Origin: Raillietiella orientalis
Lineage: Eukaryota
DNA: 64,000 bases
NCBI GenBank assembly: GCA_036172245.1
Contig: JAYWIR010000021.1
Span: 2,046,001-2,110,000, forward strand
Direction: 5' to 3'
In this document: one piece after another, positions 1 to 11,736 of the stretch
Numbering within the stretch: the first letter of the stretch is position 1
Layout: each line of letters opens with the position of its first letter
The notes under the pieces: model-generated
The model's input: only the letters and a program-made list of their open reading frames with translations
Told to the model about the DNA's origin: nothing
The model's database searches: none
Position numbers and translations under genes: made by a program

Positions 1-1306
1 TCTTTCGAAACTTGTTTCTTTGTTCTTGACTAGTACGGACGAAGCCTTTACCCTTCCTTCCCTGGACGCAGAAGCCACGCTTACCAGCTCTTGCAGCTTT
101 GCTTTCCGAAGCTTTGGTTTTGGATGCAGCGCTTTTGGGTGGCCTTCACGGTCGTCATAAGAATCGTCTTCTCTCCGCTGACATGGTCACCTAGTTCACC
201 CTCTTTTGAACTGGAGTGCTGGGTTTCCCTCATAATCTGGGATTTCTATCTTTTTGTAACACATGGACTTTTTTCCTTTTGGACTGAATCTCTACCTTCA
301 CTGGCGAAGAACGGCCCTAATTTTACAAGATGCTGAATAAAGCTCAGAGAAATTTTCCGACGGCACCTTTTGCAACCCATGCTTGATCTTAGTTACCCCA
401 CTCACCCACGTACACGATGTTTTAAACAAAACGAAAAAGAACCTCCCTGACGGATGCTTGCATTTTCAAAGTGGAAAACATTTACTTTTCCAATGCCTAA
501 TTTCCGTTGCTAAAGTTCTGTACACGTACCGGATCAGAAAGGGTACCTTAATTATGATTTTTTCTTTTCTTTTTCGATGCACGTAAAACTTCTTCCTGAA
601 AGCACAGTGAACTTTTTAGAAGTTCTCTGCATGTTTTGCTTTATAAACTTGCATTACGATACTGGTTTGAATATCCATCGGGGAACTTTCCTTGCAATGG
701 ATATTCAAACCAGACCTCTGAAGATTTAGTGCCATAAAAAACGGTCTGTTAACTGCTGCTTCTTTTAACTGATTTGATTAGGTTGATGAATGAATCGGAT
801 GTATGAAATTATAGCTAATGATTCGCATAAAAAAAGTGAAGTGCAACAGGTAAAATCCATACATTCATACGATTGCAGAAAAAGTTGGCTTGAGTCAAGA
901 AAATATAATAAACACAGTGCCATGTTCATTTCTAACAACTAACTGAAACGTAAACACCTGTTTTATTAATGAAGATAACAAACAAAAACGAAATTACAAA
1001 TAAAAAGTTGATGCCTGGATATGCTATAAAATTGTTTATGGGTGTATTTGCACACAACACTTACTTACACAGGTCTGAGAAATGAATTCAAGCTTCATGG
1101 TTTACTTTCCATTATTGCTTTTGCTGGAACACATCGAGGAATAAAAAAATCATTGCTATTAATGAATTAATCATGCTGTCAAAAGAAACTGTCTGCAAGT
1201 GCGATATGATAGCTATTCATGAATTATTAAAAAACTGTTTCTAGAATATCAAAAAGAGCAGTTGGATTAGGACTTTGTTTCCAAAAATCAAAGAGTTTAT
1301 ATTTCA

Positions 1307-2879
1307 CTAAATAAGAGGACAAAAATGAATTACAGAGTCATCTAAAATAAATCCATCCCCAAAACCGTTCTCTACTGGCAAAAGAGTAGGCTGCTCCCTA
1401 CACATGGGGCAAAAAGTTGATCTAACTGTGGAGGAACGCATCCAAATTATGAGATTGCACCTAAATAAAAGAATGGATATATACACCTTATGACAACTAT
1501 AGCCACTGCCCCTATAGGATGACTATTGCATCTACACCTACCTATTGCCATCTGTAACAGGAAGGGCAGCATGCATATGTTGACCTCTATGGAATAAAGC
1601 CCATCCTAATTTATGGCTACAAACTATGTATTCTTCAAATGGGTTTCCTGGTAGATCACCAAAATATAATTCTCCTCCTTCAAAACCATCTTCAAGGCAT
1701 ATGTTTGCAGTAACCTAGCACAAAAATCTTGCAAAATATGCCTTTCAACCAACCAAGAAGTTACCTCTGCATTATCATAATGATAAGCAAGTTCAACATC
1801 TTTCTCCTGGGCATACTGAACAGTAAATGCTTTATGTGAATCCAAAGAGTTTCCAGTCCACTGAGGATAAAGTTGTTGAGAAATTGGTTGAAAGTAATTG
1901 CTCCGTAAACAGTTAAAAAATCCTTCATCAAACCCAAGTTCAGACAATAGAATCTATTGGAAACATTAAGCATAAAAAAACATGGCAACTCCTTACTGAC
2001 TCCATACTGATTCATCGAATTTGGTCTGCCTGAAGGTAAACCACTGTTTTCAAAGTTACTCAATTCTTCCAGAAAACTTTGACAAAAAGATGGCGTGAAT
2101 ACAGGAAAAGAATAGATCTCTCTCCCTAAACACTTGAAATCGAACGCTTTCATTGACTGCAAATCTATTTGTGGATTTTGCCGGCATATCTTGACAATAT
2201 TCAGAAACCTTTCATCTAAATATGATTCCTGAAAGGGAGAGGATTTGCAAACAATAAACTTGAATTGAATATGAGGGCACTACACAAAATAAACTCATGA
2301 TTATATAAATTAATTGAGAATATAAAACATTAGTGGAAACTTACCTCCAGGGTATAAATATCAGAATTCTTCTTTACGTATGCATTCTGTATTAACTTTC
2401 TTCTTCTATTGCCTTCACTCAATTCCAAACTCCTGTGCTCAATCTCTTTCTCAATCTAAATATGCCAATTTTTACATAATGCACTTTACAGAGACCATCA
2501 AAATTCAGTTGCAACAATGGCATTTCCATTCAAATTACAACACAATCAAGAGAACAAGACATACATACTTCTGGTATAAGATCCGTGGGATGCACCCTAT
2601 TCCAGTTCGGTACACCCTGAAACACAGAATGATACACTGACGGGGGAAATTTGCCTCTCGTTTTTAGGAAATGTTAACGAACCGTATCCTTCAACATAAA
2701 ATGGGCTGCCTAGCGTTCTATATCATTATGCTTCTTCAACGTACCTTTTGCCTTAGTAGCTGTTGAACATTCGAAAAATTTTTTATAAATTCATCTCTAC
2801 TTGAAAACGAAACATGAATATCATACTTCCTTAAGTATATATTTTTTGAAAAGTAGCACCTACAAATGCAGAACTTCAT
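1307..2879 (-). CDS. OGFOD2: 2-oxoglutarate/Fe(II)-dependent oxygenase domain-containing protein 2 (7 exons)
   Basis: Manually spliced GT-AG exons ~2879-2745, 2616-2569, 2455-2345, 2229-2001, 1953-1765, 1715-1541, 1460-1307. The product reads MKFCICRCYFSKNIY...IYSFPVFTPSFCQSFLEELSNFE...GRPNSMNQYG...LDSHKAF...YHYDNAEVT (HxD)...HRGQHMH...CNLIIWMRSS...FCPMC...GFGDGF, collinear with OGFOD2. Stop TAG at 1309-1307. Confidence 0.93.
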
Positions 2880-3299
2880 GCAGAAGCAGGAAAAGGGCCT
2901 CAACAAGGCGCCGCCCGCTGCCACGGCAACCGCCTGAAAACGCCAGTGTTGCGTTTCTGCGACCGAAATTCCCAGGACCTTCCGAGTTTCTTTCGTGGGA
3001 ATGGCCTTCGAAGCCCTTAGATTTAAGCCTCGTCTGAGATGCTCCCATTTGCAACCACAGTCTGTTGTGGCAAAGACGGGTGAGCCATCTTAATCACCGA
3101 TCCCTAGAATCAGACTATGACCAAAGCAGGCATGAAGTTTTCCACCTGATTCCTCCGGGGTATTTATTATCCAAGAATAATAAAAGCACACTTAAGTGTC
3201 CTAGTGTGGTGAAACAATTAGTTGCAACACGTGCAAGGTGTGTTGTGTCGGATTTCTCACTGAATATCAGCATGCAAAAACACATTTATAGGTTTTGAG

Positions 3300-4660
3300 G
3301 ATGATGATACAATTTCATTACTTATGTGACTCACTTAAATTTCGATATTGTTTGCTTCCAGAGAACAAAGCGATGTATCTTTCCTCGATAGGAGCAGTCA
3401 GTTTCTTGCGATATATCGCACTTCAACTTCAGCGAATGCTTCAAGTTGTGTGGGCATCACTGAGCGAGAAGTGTTTCCCCCGGAGCAGGGTCAAGGGACA
3501 TTTTGGATTGTCAGTTCCTAAAGAAATTCCTGATGCGATGGCTTGCAATCCACGCGATGCATTCTCGCAGGTCCAAATTCTCTTCCCATTCTCGAAATAC
3601 AGAGCTGCATGCTGATGCGAAAGCAGCTGAGAACGCCACTTCCGTCCTATGGGCATTCCCATTGCATTAGTGGAGAGTAGCGGGAGAGGAACCATTTGAA
3701 GCCTTCTTCAGAAGGCACTTGATGCACGAAAAAGCGCGTGGGCAGGAAGAACTTCCCTCGCCAAAGCGCTGACCTTCCTCAGCGAGCACCTGAGCAGCAG
3801 CATCGCGGCGAAACGGGAAGTGAAGGCAACCATCTCCGGAAGAGAGAAAGGACTGGGAGAGTGGAAGACGGACCAGCTCACTGACGCTGCGACCCCGAAT
3901 ACACCACCCCATGGACTCTTGCGCTGGGGCGAGCTACTGGATGTTCCGTTGGAACACCTGAAGAGGCCCCCGATGCTCATGGACATCCGCACCCTCCCCT
4001 TGAAGTGGCAGGAGTCCGCGCTGCTGGTGCTGCACTGGGGTCTCCCATGCAACGCCCACCGTCATCACCGGACGCGGGGGGGGGGTACCCAGATGTGTCA
4101 GATGCGGGGAGAGTGAATCCCTCCCTCACTTGCCAGTGGAGTGTGTTGCCCTCCGGCCCCTCTGGGAACGCTTTGCCGCCACCCTGGGAACCCCCGGAGG
4201 CAACTCCAGGCACGCTTCGAAACCCCTCTTCGTTCGCGACGCCCTTCGGCCGGCGGTCCCCTGGCAGCCCTGTGCTGCCTAAGCGGGTCGTCGCTGCATG
4301 AAGCAAAGCAACAGGAGGACCCAGCGATAGGGATGCTATCCACTCGACCGTCCCATTCATCAGGATAGCGACGCGAGGACAGGACTATGCAGCAAGACCT
4401 TGCCGGCATCCTACAAGAGGATGAACAGGGCTGCCGCCAGCAGACAGTGATCCCTTCCCACACACCCCAAAGTGTGTTTATTTTTATTTTTTGTTTCTTT
4501 TGTTTGTCCCCTCCCCTCCGCTGCCGTGGTGGACCACGCCGGTCTGCGAACCGGTGGCCAGGCAGGTCTCCTTTAAATTGGGCATGGTTGGACCACTGGT
4601 CGAACCACAGTTCTCGTAACATGTTTATTTTTGAAATAAACGCCCCGGCTCACCCGGGTG
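3300..4660 (+). mobile_element. 5'-truncated Tx1/L1-like non-LTR retrotransposon (ORF2 C-terminus plus 3' UTR), copy A
   Basis: Frameshifted peptide KWQESALLVLHWGLPCNAHRHH followed by a Cx2C..H..C zinc-binding (zf-RVT-like) motif and LWERF, then a pyrimidine-rich UTR, AATAAA and a terminal hairpin. The 5' boundary is uncertain. Confidence 0.7.
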
Positions 4661-6965
4661 AAAATCAGAAGACATTTGAGATTCAGTAAGCAGCAGACTC
4701 ATTGTTTCTCGGCAGAACTTTTGCAACTGGTACTTATTTTTCTTTGCAACTTAGCATGAAGATTGCTTCCTGTAAGCGAATGTTGGTGCTTTGATCGTGA
4801 AAAGTCTTTCGGTCGTACCTATCTGATTCAGTATGCCAAACAGAGAGACAGAGAGAAAAAAAGAGAGAGTAATGAAAAAGATCTCTAATCCTAAGGTGTT
4901 GATTTCTGCCCCGACACAGGAATGATTTCACGTTTCGGATGTGTTCAAGAGCAAAGGACAAAAGGGGAACGAACTTGCGAATGTTTGTATACTCTTGCAT
5001 TTTGAAATGAAACAGAACACGAACATGGGAAAGCAACTTTCGGGCTCGAATCATGTAAATCGTAAGGAATGTGGTACCATGCAAGAAACATGAAACGCTG
5101 AGCACAGCCTGGTAAAAACTATTCCATCATTAGATGTTTACATCGATAGTAAGGATCCAATGGACACCTAGGGTCAGGAAAATTTTGAGAACAGGAACGA
5201 TTCGTGTCTGCTCTCAGCATATTGAAGTTATAAAAGTGCATAAATTCCTGTTCTTGTAAGCAATTTTCGTAAAGTGACTCACCATTTCTTGACTTTGTCT
5301 TTACCCTTTCCTCTTTGACAAAAAAGGTAAAATGTTAGTGTTTCTATTGCTCCGTCACATTAAATGTATTGCTCAATGTAGTTTTTTTTGTTTTCTTACC
5401 TTCAGCTCTCTTGAAGATCCAATTATGACACAAATATGAGTGCATCAAATACAATGAGCTAACGGGTGACGAAAGGCTTTTCTAACGCATATCCACAAGA
5501 AACCAGACTGAAACCCACCCAATACACAACGGTTAAAGTTAAGGACAAAAATGAAAGCACAAAACTCAAAGTACACGCACGTACAAGCGCTTGAAAATTT
5601 CGGGGATTGGCATTTGTTCAGGATTTTGAATCCCGAATTCCTTTCTGGCTCCTAAATTCCAAAGGAAATGAAATTGGGCATCGCAGTAACCGGAGCCTTC
5701 CAGCTTTCCGTTGAGAACGTTATAATTTGCACGAATTTTGCATTTCCAACGCACCAACGCATAATTCTACTTGGCAAATTCATTCTTGTCGTGGCAATTC
5801 TGACCGCGGGTTTCCTGCCGCGCGAACGCGCGATTGCTTTCGCAAACGCAAGCGGCGGCAACTTCGCCGCTCCCCAATCGGTGAAATTCAGAGGAATAAC
5901 TTCGAAAATGCGAGGATCTCCTTGGATTACGTCTTTGAGGATTGGAGGCGGCACGAAACGGTCTCAACATCTGTCGAGCCCGGCAGATGACGAGTGGAAA
6001 CGACCGCATCGCGTAGTTGCACGGAGGGAACTTTTTTCTTTTCATCGTTTCTTTACGGAGAATCAGGTTCTGCTCATCTATCTTTTCGTTGAAGCATTCC
6101 AAAGAAATGATCATTCGAATTCAATTCAGCAAGATGAAGCTCAACCGGAACTCTTTCAATTTACCTGAAGGCCGTGGAATCCTGTAGCGATAGATAATGT
6201 GGAACCCAAGATGGTGATAGAGAGTGCAAGGATAAAATATTCTTTGATTTTGGTGATGCTAAATTTTGGCAATAGTGAAAAGTAGCGAAATTAGCACGGA
6301 AGACGTTTTTTTTTTTTTTTTTAACCGTAAAAGCAAACGATGCTTTCATGTAGCTGAGATGTTTGATTTTGAAAGAAGAACGGTGATACTTCTATAGCAG
6401 ATAGTGTGGAGACAAGAAAGGTCAAGAAGGTCAGAGGTCAGAAAAGAGGATGGGATTAGAGGGAGGTCAAGAAAAGTTGAATGAAGGTCAAGAAAAGTTG
6501 AAAAGTTGATCTTTCCAGAGGAATGAATACAATTATCGAAGATGCAAATTGCATGGAGGATGTGCAGTTCCAAAATTTCAGGAACGTAATCATCTCTAAC
6601 TTCATAGTGAACGATTTCATCATTAATAAATTAGGAGGACATATGTGGATTAGCACGAATTGGTTTACGAGAATATTACTTAAAGGATTATTTCTCGTAG
6701 GGCAAATGTTAGCAGGGTGAGTAAGTTACGAAGAGGGTGAGAGACAAGGATTAAGGGCTCATGGGTGGAGATTAATGAACAGCGACAATTTAGATTAAAG
6801 CAAAATTTATTTATTTATATAAAGGGTGTAAGTTAATATTGTAAAGAGTTTGGGTTGATGAGTTAGTTAGGGTGAGTGGAAGGACAGAGATGGGATAAAT
6901 GTGGATTGTGAGGGTTGTTGATGGATAAGCTGAGTGTTGAGAATCGTTAAGGAATGCGCCTTTAA

Positions 6966-7489
6966 CCCTTTGGGTGTGATGTACGCATCTATGGGTTCGG
7001 CAAAAATTATCGGCGTGGGCTATGGACTCACGTATGTGTATGGCAAATGTTTTTACCTCATACTCGCGACAAAAGTTAACACGATCAATGTTTGGGATGG
7101 ACGCATACGCAAACATTCCTATGATCCTCTTGGCAACGACAGTAAACAAAATTCCATTTATATATCGGCTAACTATTGTCACCATAATATTATAGTTGAG
7201 CCGTATATAATTTATTATACCATACCCAAATGGATTATTGATTTTGTTGGAATTCTAGTTATAATTTTTAAATGTAGTATATGTATGGTAAAAATGAAAA
7301 TATTTTATTTAATATGGTGTAAATAAACAATTACAATAGTTACTTTGATCAGCACTTTATGTAGTCAGTTGGTACCTCTGATCGAGTGCGCGGTACGCGA
7401 AAGAGCATTCCGTCCACAGAGGTCGCCACTGCGACTCGCGTGTCGCCAACACGGAACGTTCCAATCTGATGAGCTCCGCACCCAAAGGG
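6966..7489. mobile_element. Non-autonomous piggyBac-type element (MITE), 524 bp
   Basis: TTAA(6962-6965)-CCCTTTGGGTG ... CACCCAAAGGG-TTAA(7490-7493): perfect 11-bp terminal inverted repeats starting CCC, a TTAA target duplication, and no transposase inside. Confidence 0.88.
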
Positions 7490-7631
7490 TTAATTGAATT
7501 CTGATTTACGAAATCGGTGTTTTGAATAAACTGTTGAGGCTAGGGTCAAGTTATGAAGGGAAAAGGATGAAAAGTAAGAAGTAAAGGAGTGATGAGATTC
7601 GTCTGAGAGGCAAAAGAGATGAGGTGATGGT

Positions 7632-8220
7632 TTGAGTTTCTATTTGCAATGCACCGCTTTCCTCAGCCGGTTCACTTACGAAAGGCTATCAGCAGCGGCG
7701 GAGGATGCCGCAGGGTGGGAGGTGGCTCCAACCAACAAAACTGCGCCTGGGTCCGATTCCAACCTGAGACCGGACCTGATGTTGCAGAAGGCGAATCGCA
7801 TACTCATCTTCGAAGTCCCCTGTCCCTTCGAAAACAAGGAAGAGGTGCTCAGAAAAAGAAAAGAAGTACCAGGAGATTCGCCTTGCTGTTCACGAGAAGA
7901 GGTCTTTCGATGCACTTGGATCGTGGGACCCTCGGGACGGTGGAGTCTTTCGTGAGTTGGGTATCCCGAAGCGGAACGCAGATAAGGAAGAGGCCTCCTG
8001 CATCCTGCACAGGAGGGACGTCTACTGGATGCACCGTCTAGGACATCCTGCAGATGGCGCCACGAATCTTCAACAGGAAGCAACAGCAGAAGAAGGATAG
8101 TCTCGCTTTTAACCCCCATGAAGATTGCCCATTCTCTTAGCCCAAGAGAAAAAGACACGGCAGATCCATCCAGTTTATTTATTTATTTTGTATATTTGTA
8201 ATGTACTTGTCGAAATAAAA
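7632..8220 (+). mobile_element. 3' fragment of RLE-type non-LTR retrotransposon (Utopia-like)
   Basis: NKTAPGSDSNLRPDLMLQKANRILIFEVPCPFEN...WIVGPSGRW is a degenerate PD-(D/E)xK restriction-like endonuclease of the NeSL/Utopia type. An AT-rich 3' UTR ending AATAAAA abuts U2 sequence. Confidence 0.82.
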
Positions 8221-8376
8221 TCCGTTCTTATCATCTTGACATCTGGCACGCCACTCATCTGGTGGCGAGTACATAAAACTACTTTTTGGAAGTGTACTTG
8301 GGGATGCTTGGAGCTGGCTCCTCTCTTGTCGCTGGTCGACCCGGTAATGCAGTACCTCCGGGATCGCCCGCTCCCC
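8221..8376 (+). pseudogene. U2: U2 snRNA pseudogene, 3' portion (from nt ~39)
   Basis: TCCGTTCTTATCATCTTGACATCTGGCACG aligns to U2 TCTGTTCTTATCAGTTTAATATCTGATACG (23/30 by eye). It continues with stem IIb CGCCAC/GTGGCG, a degenerate Sm site ACTTTTTGG, stem III tip GGAGCTGGCTCC and stem-loop IV TCGACCCGGTAATGCAGTACCTCCGGGA. The 5' 38 nt are absent and stem IIa is disrupted. Confidence 0.9.
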
Positions 8377-9149
8377 TTTACAAGCCACTCCCACCATACC
8401 TCTTGTATTCAAACTGTAATGTACACCACATCGTACTTGGAATTCAAAGTTGAAGCCATCCATTTGTGGATGCCGAGTCCGCATCATAGAGGACTCAGCG
8501 ATCGGGATGCACCTCCGAGACCTTGAGAAAGCGGACCTTGGAGATGTTCCTGTTGCATGCCAGAATTCGGTGCCGCCCCCTTCCTTAGGTAGCGTGCTCC
8601 CGATTCGTACCCGACGAGACAAGCCTTGCCTCCAGGGAGAACGTCCCGGATTCGCGATTCCCGGCTAGCAAAAAAGAATGGAGACCGGCACTACAAGACT
8701 CTGGGGTCTGCCCCCCCCCCTCCCGAGGGAGCATGCTGAAGAGGCCACTCTTGAGCTCCCCCTCACCTCCAAGCCCTCTGTCAAGAAAGACTCTTCTTCT
8801 CTAGGGAGAGCGTCCAGGGAGGTTCCCGGAGTATCCCATTACTCCATCTGACGACGTGTCGCGCTGCAGCTGAGGATGCCTGGGACAGAAGGCAGCTCCT
8901 GAAAACCGCAGACCTACCGACGAAGCAAGAGAGCGGGTGGGGTGGAGGGATCAAAGCCGAGATGAGATCCCATGGAGACGAAGCCGAGATCGTCCAGCAG
9001 AAGGAAACGAGGGTGGATGCTTTGGCAGGGGCATCAGAGGCGCGGAAGAGCGTGGCATGGGGGCTGCCGAGAAACGCATTCTGGTTGCCGGGAGAGGAAG
9101 AAAAGCGCGTCGAACCGCGTGTTGCCATGGAAGGAAAGGTTCCTCTCCT

Positions 9150-10140
9150 TCCTAGCAGGGTGTCGGATCTGGGCGAAGGTTCCGGGAAGCCCTCAGGTGA
9201 GCAGCTTCGAGCAGCCCGCGAATCCAGGCGGGAGGATCTGTCGCGGAAACGCACGCATCTCCCCCAAGAGGCCCTCCCTTCCCCCAAGCCCCAAGATCCC
9301 AACCGCCCGCCTTCGAGGCATTGCTCCCCCTGGACGTCCCGCCCCGCTTCCCAGCACAAATCTGCTCGGCAGTTTTTCCCTTTCCCGCACTCCCGGCGAA
9401 TGGGTCTGCGGGTGGTTCTGCCCGGCGGTGGCGACGTCATCACCGGGAAGGCTCGGCCTTCTCGCGCGATCGGGGATGGCACGGGAGCAGTCACGGTTGG
9501 CGGGCTGAGTACTCGCGAAGCCCGGCGATCAAAAAACGGTTGCTACGCGCACATCTTGAGCTCTAGGCGTTGAGGACGCTCGGGAGACCGGGAATTCTTG
9601 CTTGCCTGCAAGCATTTGAGGAAGGCGGTCTTGCTTTTTCCGTGCACCAAGGATGGAGGAGGCCACAAGGAGAGAGAGTACAGTCGAACTGCCGCCCGCC
9701 CAAATCCCAAAATATGTTCGTGGAACAGCGGATCCCCCCCGTCAAGGAGGGGGTGAGGGGGGTGAGGGAAACACTCTCCCGTCTTTGAGAAGAGAATGGT
9801 GCTGCTGCCCGCGCCCGTCCTAGACTCCAGGCGATCAAGCGGAGGAGGGGGGGGGACGCATATCGTCAAAGGGAATCCTCAAGGGAACGAAGCGACCACC
9901 ACAGCACTCCCCCTTCCCTCACCCCTGACCCCCCAACCTCGTCCGCTTGCCAGCACGGGAGGAGCATAGGAGCCGTAGGAGGCCACAGCCAGAGAATGGT
10001 GGGCCGAAGAAGCGCGCGCGCGACGAGGTGCGGCGGCCCCACTGGCTGAAAGAGAACGACGATGCCCATCCAAGAGGAATCGCAGGGGTGCCAGCGCTCC
10101 TCGGAGGCGAATGAGACTCCATCAAAATCCCGAACCGTCA
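9150..10140 (+). pseudogene. Degenerate reverse transcriptase of a non-LTR retrotransposon
   Basis: Frameshifted pieces occur in RT order: PKPQDPNRP (RPI motif region), REARRSKNGCYAHILS / LRTLGRPGILACLQAF (D.KAFD region), IPPVKEGVRGVRETLSRL (GVxQG..LS region). Confidence 0.5.
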
Positions 10141-10145
10141 TCAAA

Positions 10146-10249
10146 AAATAAATGCATGCATTTATTATATATATTTATATATATCTAAACATATATGAAA
10201 TGAATACAAAAATATCGAATTATAAACGTATGCATTTATTGTTTATAAT

Positions 10250-10287
<38 letters not shown>

Positions 10288-10770
10288 ACAATATATTAAT
10301 ACGTATTATTATTCGTTATTTTGATATGATCTGTGTTAGTAAATATTAATAAATGTGTACGTTAGAATAAATTTGTACATTAAGCTGTTTATAAATATAC
10401 ATATTAATCTACATAATAAATACATATATTTGTTGTTTATAATATACACCAATTTGTATGTAAATATATGCAACAAACATATTATTAATTATATTGGTAA
10501 TATGTATATTAATAAATGTCAATAACTATAAAGGTTAAAATAATACTATATATTAATAAACATGACATTAATTTATTAATAAACATGATTAGCGATTTAT
10601 ATCTTAATAAACATGCATGTTAAAATAAATTTGCATCTGCATCTCTACAAGAATGTATATATTTATATACATAAATAAATACTCGTATTTATTTTGATAA
10701 TCTTCCCGATATATATCATTAAGATCATTAAAAAGAAAGTACATATATAATAGACGTACACTTTCTTTTC
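10146..10770. repeat. Very AT-rich low-complexity island with (TA)n and three TAATAAACATG copies
   Basis: Abrupt composition shift between GC-rich flanks; (TA)n at ~10253-10283; TAATAAACATG at ~10554, ~10577 and ~10604. Confidence 0.8.
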
Positions 10771-11736
10771 AATGGTCTTTCGACATGTGGACATTCGGGA
10801 TTTGAACCAACCCCTGCCGTTTCACCTTCCGCGGCTTTGTGCGAAACGGCCGCCCCCGCGACAGCGCGCTCTCTCCGTTCCCCTCGGGCGCCGGTGGCAG
10901 CGATACGCCTGCGCCACCGGAGGAGGCGACGGGCACCGCAGCGATCTGCCGAAGTTGATCATTCCGCGCCGGGGCGTGCCGGGACGCCCTTCGCGCGGCG
11001 AGGAAGACGGGCGCGCGTGCGCGCGAGAGAGGGGGAGAGACACGCCCACTCCGCAGCGCCAATTCCCGGAGGACTGCGCGACGGCGGCGTGGCGTCTTCG
11101 CTCGCGACGTCCGCTTCGTCGGAGCAGCGCGATCGCCGCCGCTCCGGCAGCAGCGCTGGCGCTGCAAAGGAGATAAGAGGAGGGCACCGCTTCTGGTTGC
11201 CTCCTCTGAAGAGAACCCGAAGGGACGCTTCCCGATTTCTCTGAAGGGTTGCTCCCAACGGGTGCAACAGAATCGCTCGCCAACGGTGCTGTTGCTTCCA
11301 GCGCTTCATGTCGGGTCATGGAAGGGGGAAGCAGTGGGCCACTGGGCTGCTAGTCCTGCATCGCAGGGAATGCATCAATCCGTGGCGTGGTGCGTGGCGC
11401 GAGAGGCTTTCTCTTGGAAAGCAAGGGTTGTCAGGCCGGGCTGCATGGCGACGAGTCGGTGCCGCCGATGGGGGAGCTTTCACGCACTCGCGCGAGGTGG
11501 CGCTTGCAGTTTCACCGAGACGGGCGAGCGGCACCTCTGGAGGAGCCTCCACGGAAGCAGGAGCCGGAGGGTCGCTCGCGCAGATCATCAGGAGGCGAAC
11601 CTTGGACCCAACCTCGCCGGACGCGGAACGAGAAAATCTTCAACGTTCTCTCTCGGAGGAGCAGCCGTTTTTTTTTTGCCCAGCGAGGTGGAGGAGAACG
11701 TGCGCGGCAAGCCGCGGGAAGAGGGCAAAGGCTCCT

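Noticed and set aside
4626..4660. snRNA-like Sm site (ATTTTTGA) plus 3' stem-loop at the LINE terminus
   Set aside because: The Sm-like motif is absent from the related termini at 13936, 32605 and 38371, so only the hairpin is conserved.
7485..7500. Nematode SL1 spliced-leader match near the RLE fragment
   Set aside because: GGGTTAATT is explained by the piggyBac TIR plus TTAA, and the rest of SL1 does not match.
6346..7630. Penelope-like element hosting the piggyBac MITE
   Set aside because: Only compositional skew and a weak NNPLSNILV resemblance; no RT or GIY-YIG motif is readable.
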